The notes under the pieces were generated by a model. The model had not been told where the DNA came from. It did no database searches and saw only the letters and a program-made list of their open reading frames with translations. A stretch of 63,549 nt of DNA, the filler included, from Hausera hauseri (taxonomy: Eukaryota), in NCBI GenBank assembly GCA_046269625.1. It is 11 parts of 11 records of this genome, joined end to end, with 100 filler letters (N's around TTAATTAATTAA, not from the genome) between each part and the next. Parts side by side here need not be neighbours in the genome. Positions count along the whole stretch, not along the records: positions 36,648 to 40,991 come from JBJURY010625553.1; positions 41,092 to 49,891 come from JBJURY010532120.1; 9 more parts are not named here. One strand, 5' to 3'. Below are positions 36,733-49,000 of the stretch, piece after piece. The translations under genes and the position numbers were made by a program. Position 1 is the first letter of the stretch. The number at the start of each line of letters is the position of its first letter.

Positions 36733-39700
36733 AGAGATGCAACAAAGAAACCGAAGTGAACTTAATCAGATTCTTGAATACGTCGAAATGTGGAAGACTG
36801 GTACTTTGGAATACACGAGTCTTGCCGAATCAACAAATATTGATATGGGATCTTATTCACCAGCATCTTCTATATCCGATTTATCGCGGGACACCAAAAC
36901 ATATTCCTCGGTTTCAACAATAACCGACGGAGTTGAAAGTGGAAATAAAATAACTCGGATTAATATCCCATGTTCTCACACTCCAAAGGACACAGGTGCC
37001 TTTGGAAAAAGCAATAATGAACTATATGTGTCTTGCACCAACATTGAAAACAACATGGAGCTTGAATCTCAATTGAGTTTTGATCAAAACAAAACGTTTA
37101 AATCTCGAAAACGGTTGCAACTAAAACCATTTTGGGATGGAAATAATTTACGAATAACTTACTTTGAAGTGGCTCCAGTTGTTGATGGATATTCTTCATC
37201 AGAAGAAGAAGCTCAAACCGTTGGAAGTGTTCAACGAACTGAATCCAGCTATCAGCATGACATGGATGGTAATCCTGTTCAGGACAATGAGGGCATAGTT
37301 TGCGAACAGCATGGAATTAAATATAATAACATTACATGTGATATAGATTTTAATGAGACAGCTGATCGCTGGACGTTGGATGAAACAGATTATGTTACTG
37401 ATGTTATACGCAAGGCTCAAAGTGATGGTTTACTGGATAATTTACAGACGGCATTAAATGCAGTATTAGACAAATCACAAATGACTATTCGGGCCGATGA
37501 AACAACCACATCAATGAAATCATATTCAACAAGTTGCCAGACTGATAGAATCAGAGATATACAGACGGTTTCTATTAAAAAAATAGTTGATGAAATTGCG
37601 GATCAAGACGAAGTCAATTTACTCATGAACGAAATAAAATCTCGAATTTTTGTTTCATCGGTTATGACTCAAACAGACCGAGTTCGACCAATAAACACAA
37701 TTTCCGTGAAAGAAATTGTTGATGACACAATAAGACGGGACGAAATGGCTATGTTAATAAATGAAATCAATTCTAGTCTTGTGAGATGTTCGACATCAAG
37801 TCAGACTGAAAGAGTACGTCCGATTGAAATAACAAACTTGAAAGATCTAGTTGAAGAAGCATTTTTGCAAAATGAACTTCCAATTCTTTTGACTGAAATA
37901 AATTCACACATACATCGAAGCTCTGCATCAGCTCAAACCGATAGAATTCGACCAATTCAGACAGTCTCATTAAAGGAAATAGTAGACGAGACCATTGCTA
38001 GGCAAGAGCTACCAATATTGATGAATGAAATAAATGCAATGTTATTAAAATCTTCGGTATCATGTCAAACAGACAGAGTTCGACCAATTCAGACAGTTTC
38101 ATTGAAGGATTTTGTAGATGAGACCATTGCGAGACAAGAGCTACCAATATTGATGAATGAAATAAATGCAGTGTTATTAAAATCTTCGGTATCATGTCAA
38201 ACAGATAGAGTCCGACCAATTCAGACTATATCAATGAAGGAAATAGTGGCTGACACGGTGTCAAGAAATGAACTACCTATTTTGCTGAATGAAATAAATT
38301 CAATATTACTGAGATCGTCAGTAGCAATCCAAACCGACAGAATACATCTCTTAGATACATCAAATGTTAGGGAACTGGTAAGAGATGCTATAAATAAAGG
38401 CAATCTTTCTGTTTTGATAAATGAAATAAAATCAACAATCATCTCTGAATCTGTTTCAATGGATTCTCAAACGGTTTCGGAAATGGCTCCGGATTTCGAG
38501 ACAGTTGTTCGAACAGAAAAGCGCTATTTAAGCAAGAGCACAGAAAACATTCGTAAATACGAAGAACGTAGTTCATATACTGATTATCCAGATAAGATTT
38601 TGCAAGAATTTGGAATGAGTGGCAATGTAAAGAAAACAATTCCAAAATTGACGAACGTTTTAACAGAAACATGCATGGAAACTGGAATGAAGGAATTAGA
38701 TTATGTAGAAGATCATAGGAGAATTGAAGTGGAGAAAGAAAGACTAACTGATACACTGATAGTACCATCAGAAAAATTGAAAACAGTGATAGACTGCTGC
38801 TCTTATTTCGAGATTACATCGAATTCTAATCTAAGTGAGGCAACATTCACAGATGGAAAAGAAAAGCCAACAGAAAAAGTGACTAGAATAATGGAACAAG
38901 AAGAAAAAGGAACGCAAACAGCGAAGGTAAAATGTGGCAATGAATTGACAAGCGTTTTAATTACTGAAGATTACAATGAAAAGCTTAAGAGGCAATTTAT
39001 CGATTCATTTTCATGTGCCGAAATAGAAACAATTATGACAGAATGCGAAAGCTTTTATAACCCTGAACTTATTGAAATTCGAGACGAAACCTTACAGAAA
39101 TTACAACACATTTCTTTTACAACAGATGAAGCAACATGCGTAGATTTCAGAAATCCATCAGTTTCAACTCAAACATATTCGGACATTTGTGAAGAAAAAG
39201 AGATGTCACAACCAACAGTGGAAAAAATACAGAAAATAATGGTACATTCTAGTAATTACTACGAAGTAAAGCAATCAGAAAAAAGCACACACGTCGAGAC
39301 ACTAAAAGACACCGATGTGTACAAACAATACGATACACAAACGAATGAAGCAGCTACTAGTACTGCTACAAATTTGTCAATGTTACAAACAAACCAAATC
39401 GAACTAGGGCATGAATTTATCGCACTTAAACAGGATATCAGCACGGACCACGCACTAGACATGGTTCATAAAAACGTTGCCACTGAAGAAAAAAACATTA
39501 AAACTGACAGTAGACAAGAATTGAAAGAAATAATATCCTATTACGAAATAAATAGAAAAGATATTAGCTTAGAAATAACAAAGAAAGAACATGTGGTGAG
39601 GCAGACAGAATCATCAGCAGAAGAATTTAAGCAAAGTATTGAGACAGGATTGGAAAGTAGTGGAGCTGTTGAGGTTGTCGACGAATGTTCGAGCTACGAG

Positions 39701-40102
39701 ATAAGCTGTTGCACTGTTGAGTGTGAAGTAATTGAACCTGTAGAAGACATATTAGAAGTGAAACGAGAAGTTGAAGAAGCTGAAGTTCCAAGCATTGAAG
39801 ACGAATGTGTCAGTAGTGAATTTGTTTTGGAAGAAAAGGGAACAGCTGTCGAATGTAACATGGAGGAGAGTAGCAGTGAAATGAAGATTAAATATTTGGA
39901 TGAAAGCAGTGATTGGACGGAAAGAATCAGTCATAGTGAAGTAGTAGTTGAGACTGAAATGGCATCACTTTTAAGCATATTGACATCATCCGAGGTTGAG
40001 TATTGTACAGTGGAAATGGAAATGGAAGAAAAGAAGATGATCAGTGACGAAAGTGGTCACGAGACAGAGACGACAATTGTGGATTCTCAGAGTGACTTTG
40101 AG
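36733..40102 (+). CDS. Large internal exon of a host gene for a giant acidic, repeat-rich protein of unknown identity
   Basis: 3.37-kb uninterrupted ORF. Acceptor TTTAATTTAG at 36732 and donor GAG/GTAAAA at 40103 (phase 0). AT-rich flanks. Confidence 0.85.
37520..38475 (+). repeat. Coding tandem repeat, about 7 x 132 bp (44 aa)
   Basis: Unit is approximately SSVSCQTDRVRPIQTVSLKEIVDETIARQELPILMNEINAMLLK; two units are nearly identical. Confidence 0.95.
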
Positions 40103-40228
40103 GTAAAAGAAATGTTTACTTTATGTATTTTTTAAAAAATAGTTGATTAATTTTTTTAAATATTGTTGAATATGTAATTTAAATATTTTAATTTTATTTG
40201 AAATGTGTTTCAATCTATTTTAATTCAG

Positions 40229-40991
40229 TTGACCAGAGAATCTGTTACAACTGAGACAATGCCAACGATCCGTTTAGTGGATACATGTGTGGAAATGGAA
40301 TCGAAGACTAGTGATATGTGGTGCGAATTCAAATCGACAGTAATTGACGAAAGCAGTGAATATTGGCGAGAAATGAATGAAATGACCGTGAAACATGAGA
40401 AAGAACAAGACACAGTAGATTTTGGTAGAAGTATTGAAAGCAAGTATGTTGAGATTGGAACTGAAGTATTTGAAGAAACGAAGTTGATTGAAAGCTTGAC
40501 AAGTTTCGAGGCTGAGATGCGTGTTGTGGTTGATGAAGCATGTGTTGAATATGTCTGTGCGACAGTGGATTTTGAAAGCAGTGTTGAAAAGACATTCTCA
40601 GGAAAAGTAAACAGTGCTGAGTCTGAAGTAAAGATGGTTGAGACAGGATTAGAATTCACAAGTAAAATGATGGTAGATTCGACAAGTGAATTTAGTATAG
40701 AATTGAGAGAGACGGGACTTGATGAATCGAAGAAAACAGTAGAGACTGGAGTGGAAAATGTGGAAATGGTTAGAGTAATCGATGGATCATCGAGCTATGA
40801 AATGAGATACGACAACATTGAATCAGAAAGTGTTTCGAAAGCGTGTGTTGATTGTGGATCAGAGTTCAAATGTGAGACAATAGAATGCGGTAGTGAACAT
40901 GTTGTTAGACTGAGAGAATCATCAGCAGAAGAATTTAAGCAAAGTATTGAGACAGGATTGGAAAGTAGTGGAGCTGTTGAGGTTGTCGACG
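40229..40991 (+). CDS. Next exon of the same gene (E/S/T/V-rich), truncated by the contig end
   Basis: The 126-nt GT-AG intron at 40103-40228 preserves frame. The last ~75 nt duplicate sequence at about 39608-39682. Confidence 0.85.
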
Positions 40992-41091
40992 NNNNNNNNN
41001 NNNNNNNNNNNNNNNNNNNNNNNNNNNNNNNNNNNTTAATTAATTAANNNNNNNNNNNNNNNNNNNNNNNNNNNNNNNNNNNNNNNNNNNN

Positions 41092-41600
41092 TTCATGCAT
41101 TACCGATGAAATATTCCATATTCCTCAAGTCCAACTTTATTGTCAAAGTAATTTCACACATTGGAATCTGAAGATCACCACATTTCCTGGATTATATTTA
41201 ACATCGTATTTAACCATGGAAATCTTCCAAGTTTTACGAATCGACATTGACAGCAGTACGACCGTTTTACGGAATTTTAACGCATTTTCTTGTTTTCCTA
41301 GTACGTACTTCTTGTGAAAATTCTTTATTCTCGTCGACGAACATCAAGTTTGGAAACTAATCTCTATGCACTTACGATTATTCTCAATCCATTTTTGTAT
41401 TTTATTCTATATTTTACTATACCGATATTTACTCTTGTTTGGTGTTGATCTTTACTATCAGAATTTTACAGAGTTACGAAAGTCAGAATATCAATTTCAG
41501 TATGATTTCGGATGATTCGTACGATATCAGTCAACACAATGTTTTCGTACATTATTTCCAAAATTAGCGATACTTCATTTACCAACGACGTTGAATAACA
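41092..41600 (+). pseudogene. ALG10: ALG10/DIE2 alpha-1,2-glucosyltransferase N-terminal fragment, decayed
   Basis: DEIFHIPQVQLYCQSNFTHWNLKITTFPGLYL matches the family signature DEIFHIPQAQxYC...WDPxITTxPGLY. A later YFTD motif is present, with stops and frameshifts. Confidence 0.85.
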
Positions 41601-41892
41601 AACTAGTGCCGATGACGTTTAAAAATTTTTTCTTTGTTGTTTAAATATTGTATTTATGTTAGCGACAGTTTAAAAATTTTTAAAATAAATCGATTTTTTA
41701 GACATTTTGATTTTAGCCCTTTTGTCGTGGTGAATTTTTTTGCAATCAATCTATCTTTTGTGGTTTCGTTCGTTGGAATTAACAAATTCAATATTGTCAC
41801 TATTTATTATAGGAATTATTTTCATATCCGTTATTCCGGCAGTTTAAAGTTGTATTTTTGGGTTTACTATCCCAGAATTTATACCTACAAAT

Positions 41893-41910
41893 TGGTGTCA
41901 GAAGTGGGAT
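41893..41910 (+). promoter_or_regulatory. Canonical 18-nt tRNA-Leu PBS following an LTR/U5-like AT-rich segment (about 41600-41889, ends CA)
   Basis: ...CCTACA-AAT-TGGTGTCAGAAGTGGGAT; complementarity stops at exactly 18 nt. Confidence 0.9.
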
Positions 41911-41958
41911 GATTTTACTATAGTATTTTCTTCGTTATCAAATTCAGAACTGCACAGC

Positions 41959-42560
41959 ATGTCTATTTTAATTCTTGAAGATGGAGATTTTTCATTCAGT
42001 AGAAGTGTATGCAAATAATCAGTATTTGTTACGAGAAACGTTTTATGCACTTGTTTGGAAACTTATGACGAAATTGTTAATAAATATAAAAATGCTGCTC
42101 AAAATATCAGATCAATTCAAGATGATGCAGGTATTATAAAATTTTGTGTCAATGCAACAGACTTAAGCTATTTTATGTTTGAATGTGAATTCGAGTTAAT
42201 TCTTTTTAATTTTCCGCATGTTGGTGGAAAAAGCAATATTAGCTTCAATAGAAAATTGTTTATAAACTTTTTCAACAGTATTATAGGATCCGGTTTGCTT
42301 ACGAGTAATGGTTCTATTTGTGTCAGTCTCTGTCGAGGACAAGCCGGAACCCATGTTGATGTTTTAGATAGAGAATTCGGTAACTCATGGCAACTCGAAG
42401 AAATGGTAGCACAGTCAAATTGTTTTATTTGATGTTCGCCAATTCAATTCCGATCTTTACCGAACTTATATTCCAACTGGTTTCAGGTCTGAGGAAAAGC
42501 GGTTTGAATTAGTCGGTTCTCGGACTTATGAATTTGTTGACTATCAATCATCGGATAAGA
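41959..42560 (+). pseudogene. FDXACB1: FDXACB1 / DUF2431 (BMT5-like) methyltransferase N-terminal domain, frameshifted; may continue to about 43020
   Basis: MSILILEDGDFSFSRS, VNATDL, ILFNFPHVGGKSNISFNRKLFINFF, VSLCRGQAGT...NSWQ. Confidence 0.85.
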
Positions 42561-43059
42561 ATAACCTCACTGAAACATTGAACTTCGGTGGCAATTGTTA
42601 CTGGGTATCGTCATGGATTGGCAAATGGATTCAAATGCATGATGCTGTTAGGATGGATTGCATTAGCGACTATATCGTCGGCCAACTGTGGAAATTACCG
42701 CAATTTAAGGATTGTAATTCACGGGATTGGTGTTACGTGTTCCAGGACAGTTATCAAAATTCGTATGGACTTATGAAATACGATAGCGATTGTTTATCGA
42801 ATGAGATTGATGTTGATTCGATCTCTTTTTAATAGATAATCAGAAAATCAATGGATACCGTTTTTCGTCTCTTGTTCACCTGGGCAGCAAATTGTTCAGA
42901 TGTTTCATGAAATTGACGAAGGTCTTTGTGATTTGCCGGTGTTTTCTGTCGGACTCTGTTTCTCCAAATCTTTGACAGATACGTCCAAGTCTTGTCAAAA
43001 ATTCGCTATAACAATGAGATGGAGATGAGAATGAAGTTGTTGTAGATTCCAATACGTCA

Positions 43060-44990
43060 TACGACGATTATTCCGTCGAATATTTGCGCATGCATGATAC
43101 TGAAGTGACGTCCTGCAGATGGACGATCGTAGACGATGTGCGTCGTTTGGTTTTAAGTGTAGGGTACAAAAATTCTTCGATTATTCGCGAAAGTGGATGG
43201 TGGATCCGAAACATAAATCTCCTTCAAAAAGTCATCGAAAATGTAGCAAAAAACGATTCCCAAAAATCCAAGAATCCCATGGACTCGGCAATATTTTATT
43301 TGTATATGAGAAAACAGAAATTGCTTTCAAAGCTTTTCAAAACGAACGATAAGCCACATAAAAATTTTTTTTTGCCATAGATTTTTCGGCAATTGAAAAC
43401 AAAAAACGGGCCATGGAACAGGCATTCAAAATGCGCAGTAAACGGTGCTGTGGTCATGCAGTTGCTTTGTTTCTGTTGTGTAATTTGTTTGCCGATGCGC
43501 TGTTAATTTGTATGCACAATCTGAAGGACATTCAGTTGGCACTCGTTATATATTGATTGTACGAAATCCATGTATCGAGGGAGAACAAACATTATGAGCT
43601 CATCATTAAGAATAATGCTGTCAACAGCCACGATCCCTTTATCCCTAGCATGGGTTTCTGGATGATGGAGGAGTACATGAAATCTTTCGAAACTCTTATG
43701 GAAATCGATGTCAAATGTACTACCGAATCAACGGTTTCCAAATCAACATTCAATGAAACCGTTGTGTTTACGTTTTACAATTTCCTGAAAACACTCCCTG
43801 ATTAAAAAGCAAATGCATCAATGCTATAAAGAAATCAATAAACAACAAACACTGAACAAAATGGAAAGGCGACTGTTTTTTCGAACGGCCTACATTTATT
43901 TTAAAATAGTTTCCCCAGATTTGGATTTGGAGGTTTTGTCGAAATTTTCAGAAAATAAAGAAATTCAATCGGACTACAATTGTAATATTAAAGGGGATAA
44001 AAAACAAGATGAAAATGACATCTTCAATATTTTCACCGGTCTAATTGACTCGGAAGAAACCGGCTCCACTCTGTTTAAAGTGGATTTCGATTTGGGTTTG
44101 GACGTAAAATCCGAACCGAAATTTGTTCAAGATCAAAAGGCAGTTGATTGTTTAGAAAAGGATCTCGACATCATGTGTTTACAATTTAAATTTGATTTGT
44201 CTAAAGCTAATTTCGGAAGAATTGTGTACTCTTGCATCTGGACTCGAATCTTGCGGGTCCCAATTGAGATTTTCATTGTACAATTGGGTGGAAAAGGAAG
44301 TTCGAGTATTGCAATACATGTGTAAGTATTCGACTCATTCCGATTATTCGGACACGTCGAATGGACTCGTCGATTTGTTCAATGGAATGTTGATGTAAGA
44401 AAACTCCGAGAGTCGTCGATTGTGGCTTAATGCTAATGAATCTCTGATATTGAGTCTTTACAGTTTCTGTTCTTTGCGTAGCTCGAATGCCGTCGGACCT
44501 GCCGCAATACGAATGGAGTTGCTCATTTTGATTCAGGAACTCCAGGGAAATTTACGGAAAAGAAACGATGTTTTTAAAATGTTACCTCTCGATATCAATT
44601 TGCCATTCATCAATTCGGCTCTTTCGGCAGATACCGGACTCTTTATAACTCCCATTCAATATCTTAAAACGTTCGTTTATGACATTGTTGATCGAATCAG
44701 TAGTTTTAAATGTCCGACCCACTCACAACAATAGATAAATTTACTCATGAATCAATGCCAGGCCCTGTCGGCTTGTCTGTTTCAGTGCTTATCGAATTTT
44801 AATTTTGATAAATATTTGAACATCAGTGACAATTCCACTCAACGCCGAATGAGGCAAACTCCATCCAGTGTCGTATTCACAACCGAAAGAGATATTCATC
44901 TATTATCGAAACAGTTATCCGAAACATTTTACCGGACAACATATTTCCGAATTCCGATCCTTGGAAATGGCCAGAATCTAAGTGTAATCC
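43060..44990 (+). pseudogene. DMXL: DMXL/Rabconnectin-3alpha (Rav1p_C region) intronless internal fragment, decayed
   Basis: GWWIRNINLLQKVIENVAK...PMDSAIFYL, LKDIQLALVI, ERRLFFRTAYIYFK...LEVLSK, CLKLISEELCTLASG...LRFSLYNWVEKE, FCSL...RMELLILIQE, ALSACLFQCL, all in DMXL order. Confidence 0.92.
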
Positions 44991-45149
44991 GTTGAACATC
45001 GGCAGCAAGTACTAAGTAATAGTACAGTCATTTAAAGAAAAACCATGCTGGAATAAAATAATTTTACTCGTTAGACATTTGAAAACTAAGCAGTCTAAGA
45101 GTGTATGACCCTTTCAAGTAAACAATATCGGAAATAAACTTCCGAAATT

Positions 45150-45700
45150 CAATAAAGATTTTCTATCAATTGCTACTGAATTATGCGGCTATTATCGTCC
45201 ACAAAGGTCAATGACAAAACCAATTGATATTTCACGCAAAAACGGTTCCTCTGCGGAATATTGATTTTGCTCACTGCCGCCTTGGAAAATGGTGGAGTCT
45301 GTCCTGACTTTGAAAACATTTTCATGAAAATGTGGTCACAACGAAAGAATTTATTAGACGACAAACACCAACTGGCATTTATTTACAAAACTATTTTTAA
45401 AGCTGCAAGTGATATGCTTTCAAAACGTCTCATTGTCATCGGTCCTGGTAGACTACCATATAAATGCCACTCATCTAGCAGCGAACATTCCAATTCACCT
45501 GTGCCAGTTACATCTATGTTTCCCGCTGTCATTAGTAGCACCAACAATAGTGCGAGTAGTTCGTCAATAATCGACCCCATATTTAGCAGTCAGCATCTGC
45601 TCATCAGTCGTTTAAATTCGCACATTTCGAAGTGGACCGTAAAAATCGACGAAGATAAACAATCAGTCACATCGAAACCAAGCGTTTTACCGGCATTTAG
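45150..45700 (+). pseudogene. Unidentified host-like coding fragment
   Basis: A 165-codon open frame with a protein-like N-terminal half, lying between the DMXL and NUP98 fragments. Family not recognised. Confidence 0.35.
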
Positions 45701-46062
45701 CAGCTTTGGTGTGACTCCAGCAACGACACAGTGTCATATTGTTTCCTCAACAAGGTAGTTTGGTAACCAACAGAAGCTAAAATATACAACGTTTGGTACC
45801 ACATCGAACTTATTCGGCAATGCGACGAATAAACCAGAATTATTTGGTTATTTATCAACAACATGCTACGGATTCGGTGCAAAGACATCATCGACATTCG
45901 GTGGGTTTGGTGCCGGTCAACAAATGGGCACACCGATTGTGTCATCGATGCCATCCAATTCAACGACCATCAATATCGGTAATCAGGGCGATTTCTTTTT
46001 GCAGCAGCAGAAGATTCTCAATTCGATACCTCCACGACCGTATGGCGTTAGTAATTTGTTCT
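45700..46062 (+). pseudogene. NUP98: NUP98-like FG-repeat fragment
   Basis: Clustered FG motifs (TFGTTSNLFG, ELFG, GFG, TFGGFG) followed by QQQKILNSIPPRPYGVSNLF, resembling the Nup98 post-FG motif QQxxxL...P(Y/F)GDSPLF. Confidence 0.7.
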
Positions 46063-46094
46063 TATTGAATGTCATATTGACAGTCTACACTAAA

Positions 46095-49000
46095 TTGCTG
46101 AGGGGAAATTCGGGTACCCCGCATTTTGCTGCCCGCCCCGCCAAGGCGGAAATCCCGACCGCCAACCTTGCGCCGGTCGGTCGAGGGGCACCTTCGATGT
46201 CGGTCCCAAGTCACGCCCCCAGGCCCACCACTGCTCCCATCTCCGTTTTCTTTTTTTATAACAACATTCACATACACCCTCCATACCACACACCCACACA
46301 TTCCCACACTTCAGACCCACATTTCTTTTTTCCTTGGTTCTTCAGACTTCTATCTCACTCTAAACGGCGCTATTATACACCTAAATAAAACTTTACCTTC
46401 TCTTTCAAATCATGCCTGCCTCCATATACATCTCCGTATCCGTGGTGGAATGAATTCCCCACCAATCACTGACACCACGGATACAATCACCATAAAAAAG
46501 TCAATACCCATTCTCTACTACACCAGACCAAATCATCCACCTATTTTAACCGACGCAAACTCTTCCAACAAAAACCCAGTTCATACTTCAATACATTGCA
46601 CAGACTACTTCATAAATAATGAAAAGTCTAATAAAACGTGGCTTCACTTCCACCTACTCTGGCTACAGTCTAATGGTATCACAGACTCCTTATATAAAGC
46701 CCATAGCTTACTCTATCTTCTCTCAAAATCCATAAAATCCTCAATACATAACTTGCTAGACATTTTTCAACACCCTGACCCTTATACCCAATTATTCGAC
46801 GCTGCATTACAACAGACCGAATTTTCCATTGACTCTATAATGCAGCGTTTCCTTAACGAAAATGCACTGGGGACACAAAAACCCAGCGACTTCCTACGCA
46901 CCTCGTTAGCACACTTGCGTACTCTTGGCGTCACTAAGGACACTAACCCGGATCTTCTACGCCATTATTTTCTGAATGCCCTATCTATCCAAATCCGGGC
47001 CTTTTTACCGTGGTGGGAGACTCCGCGCAGCTTGACAAATTGGCCGAATTGGACGATAGGACATACTATGTCCTAAACATAAATTTGCAACCCGTAGTTT
47101 CCACAGCAGTTGCTGCCAACGACATACAAACAACTATAACGCACAAAGAACAGCAGCTAAATCAGCTACGTGCTGAAAATATTGCATTGCATGCAACTAT
47201 CAACAAAATAAATAATAAATTAAATGAACTGTCTTTGTCCCGACGAGGAGGTTTTGCCGTTTCCCGTATCCGTTCTACGTCACGAAACCGCTCACCATCG
47301 CCTGCGCGTTCGTCGATATGCTACTACCACAGCAGATTCAACACAAAGGCTCAGAAATGCTGCCTGGGTTGCCAATTTTATAACCAAAAGTTTTCCTCAG
47401 ACACCGTTGTTTGCATTTATCACGCGAGATTCAAAAATCAAGCACGTAAATGTATCCCTGGCTGTACCTTCAAATCCAACAAGAACGACGGACATACTGC
47501 CTTCACTTCTCACAGTCGTCCCAGTTCATCTTTCCAAAAAACTAACTTTGCCGCCAAAGGTCACGGCAAACTCTGGCAAAGGCACTCTTTCACATTCTGA
47601 CCGCCGACACATCTCTTGATGTCTTTACTCTAAAGGCTGCAATCACTGCCCATACACCTCAATCTCTTGACTTCCTTATTGATACAGGGGCCGCAATTTC
47701 TCTATTACCGCAAACATTTCCTACACAAAATTCTCCATTCAAACTTAAGCCTTTATATACTGCTTCAGGCCAGCCGCTGTTTATCTTGGGCACGGCTACA
47801 CTGTCTTTCACATTACCAAATTTCTCTACATCTTTCTGCTGGACGTTCACAGTCGCTAACGTCCAGTCGGCAATCCTAGTATCTGACTTTCTCTCACACT
47901 ATAACCTACTGGTTGACTGCAGCCAGCGATTTTTGAGGAAAGGCACCGTTGGCGACATTTCTGGACATGTAAATAGCGTTTCGACTACCGCGCAGTCGAC
48001 CGTGAGGTGGAAATTAATCTTAAAATATCAACGATTAATTCAAATTTTCATAATAATTATATTCGTAAATTTTTAAACAATAACACTGATATACGATCGA
48101 GATTTGATGTCGATAAGTGTGGTACTGCCACAAACATTGTTCCATTCAGAGAAGTAATTTTATCCAACGCCATCTTTAATTCACCCATCTTACATCAAAT
48201 ACCACTTCACTGCACATCACCTAACAATTCACAAATTGCATCCGCTACCACCCAAATCGTTGCACCACTTTCACCGAATCTTTCACAGCTACCTACAACG
48301 TTATAGCAATTAATCAACAAATTATGTCCACGCGTACTTAAAAAAGATCGTACTTTTACTCCTGCCAACAGCACCCTACACCATATAGTCACACAGCATC
48401 AACGTCCAATTCGCCAAAAGGTACGGCCTCTGTCACCTCGCCGTAGATAGGCCGTAGAAGACGATTTTCTCGATCTAGAACGTTCCGGCATAGTACGCTG
48501 TTCTAAATCTCCTTGGTCATCACCGTTAAATGTCGTACAAAAAAGGACGGTACCTTTAGACCATGCGGTGACTACGGACAGCTGAATAACTTCACTATCA
48601 TGTACGCATATCCTTTACCACTCATTAATGATATCTTGCATCGCCTTAATTCAACCACCATATATTCAACCACTGATCTAGCTAAAGCATACCATCAAAC
48701 ATCGGTAGCACCCGAAGACATCGAAAAAACCGCAGTAACTACTCCTTTTGGCCTATACGAATATCTATTTATGCCATTCGGTTTGCGGAATGCCGCACAA
48801 ACTTTTCAGCGGCACATTGATTCCATTCTTTCTGATTTCTCGTTTGCACATCCTTATATTGACGACATTCTAGTCGTTTCATCTTGGGCCAAACAACAAG
48901 AAGAACATCTTCGAGCAATACTTAAACGTCTCCACCACCATAATTTACAAATCAGTCTTGATAAATGCAAATTTTTCAAAAAACGCATTAACTTTTTAGG

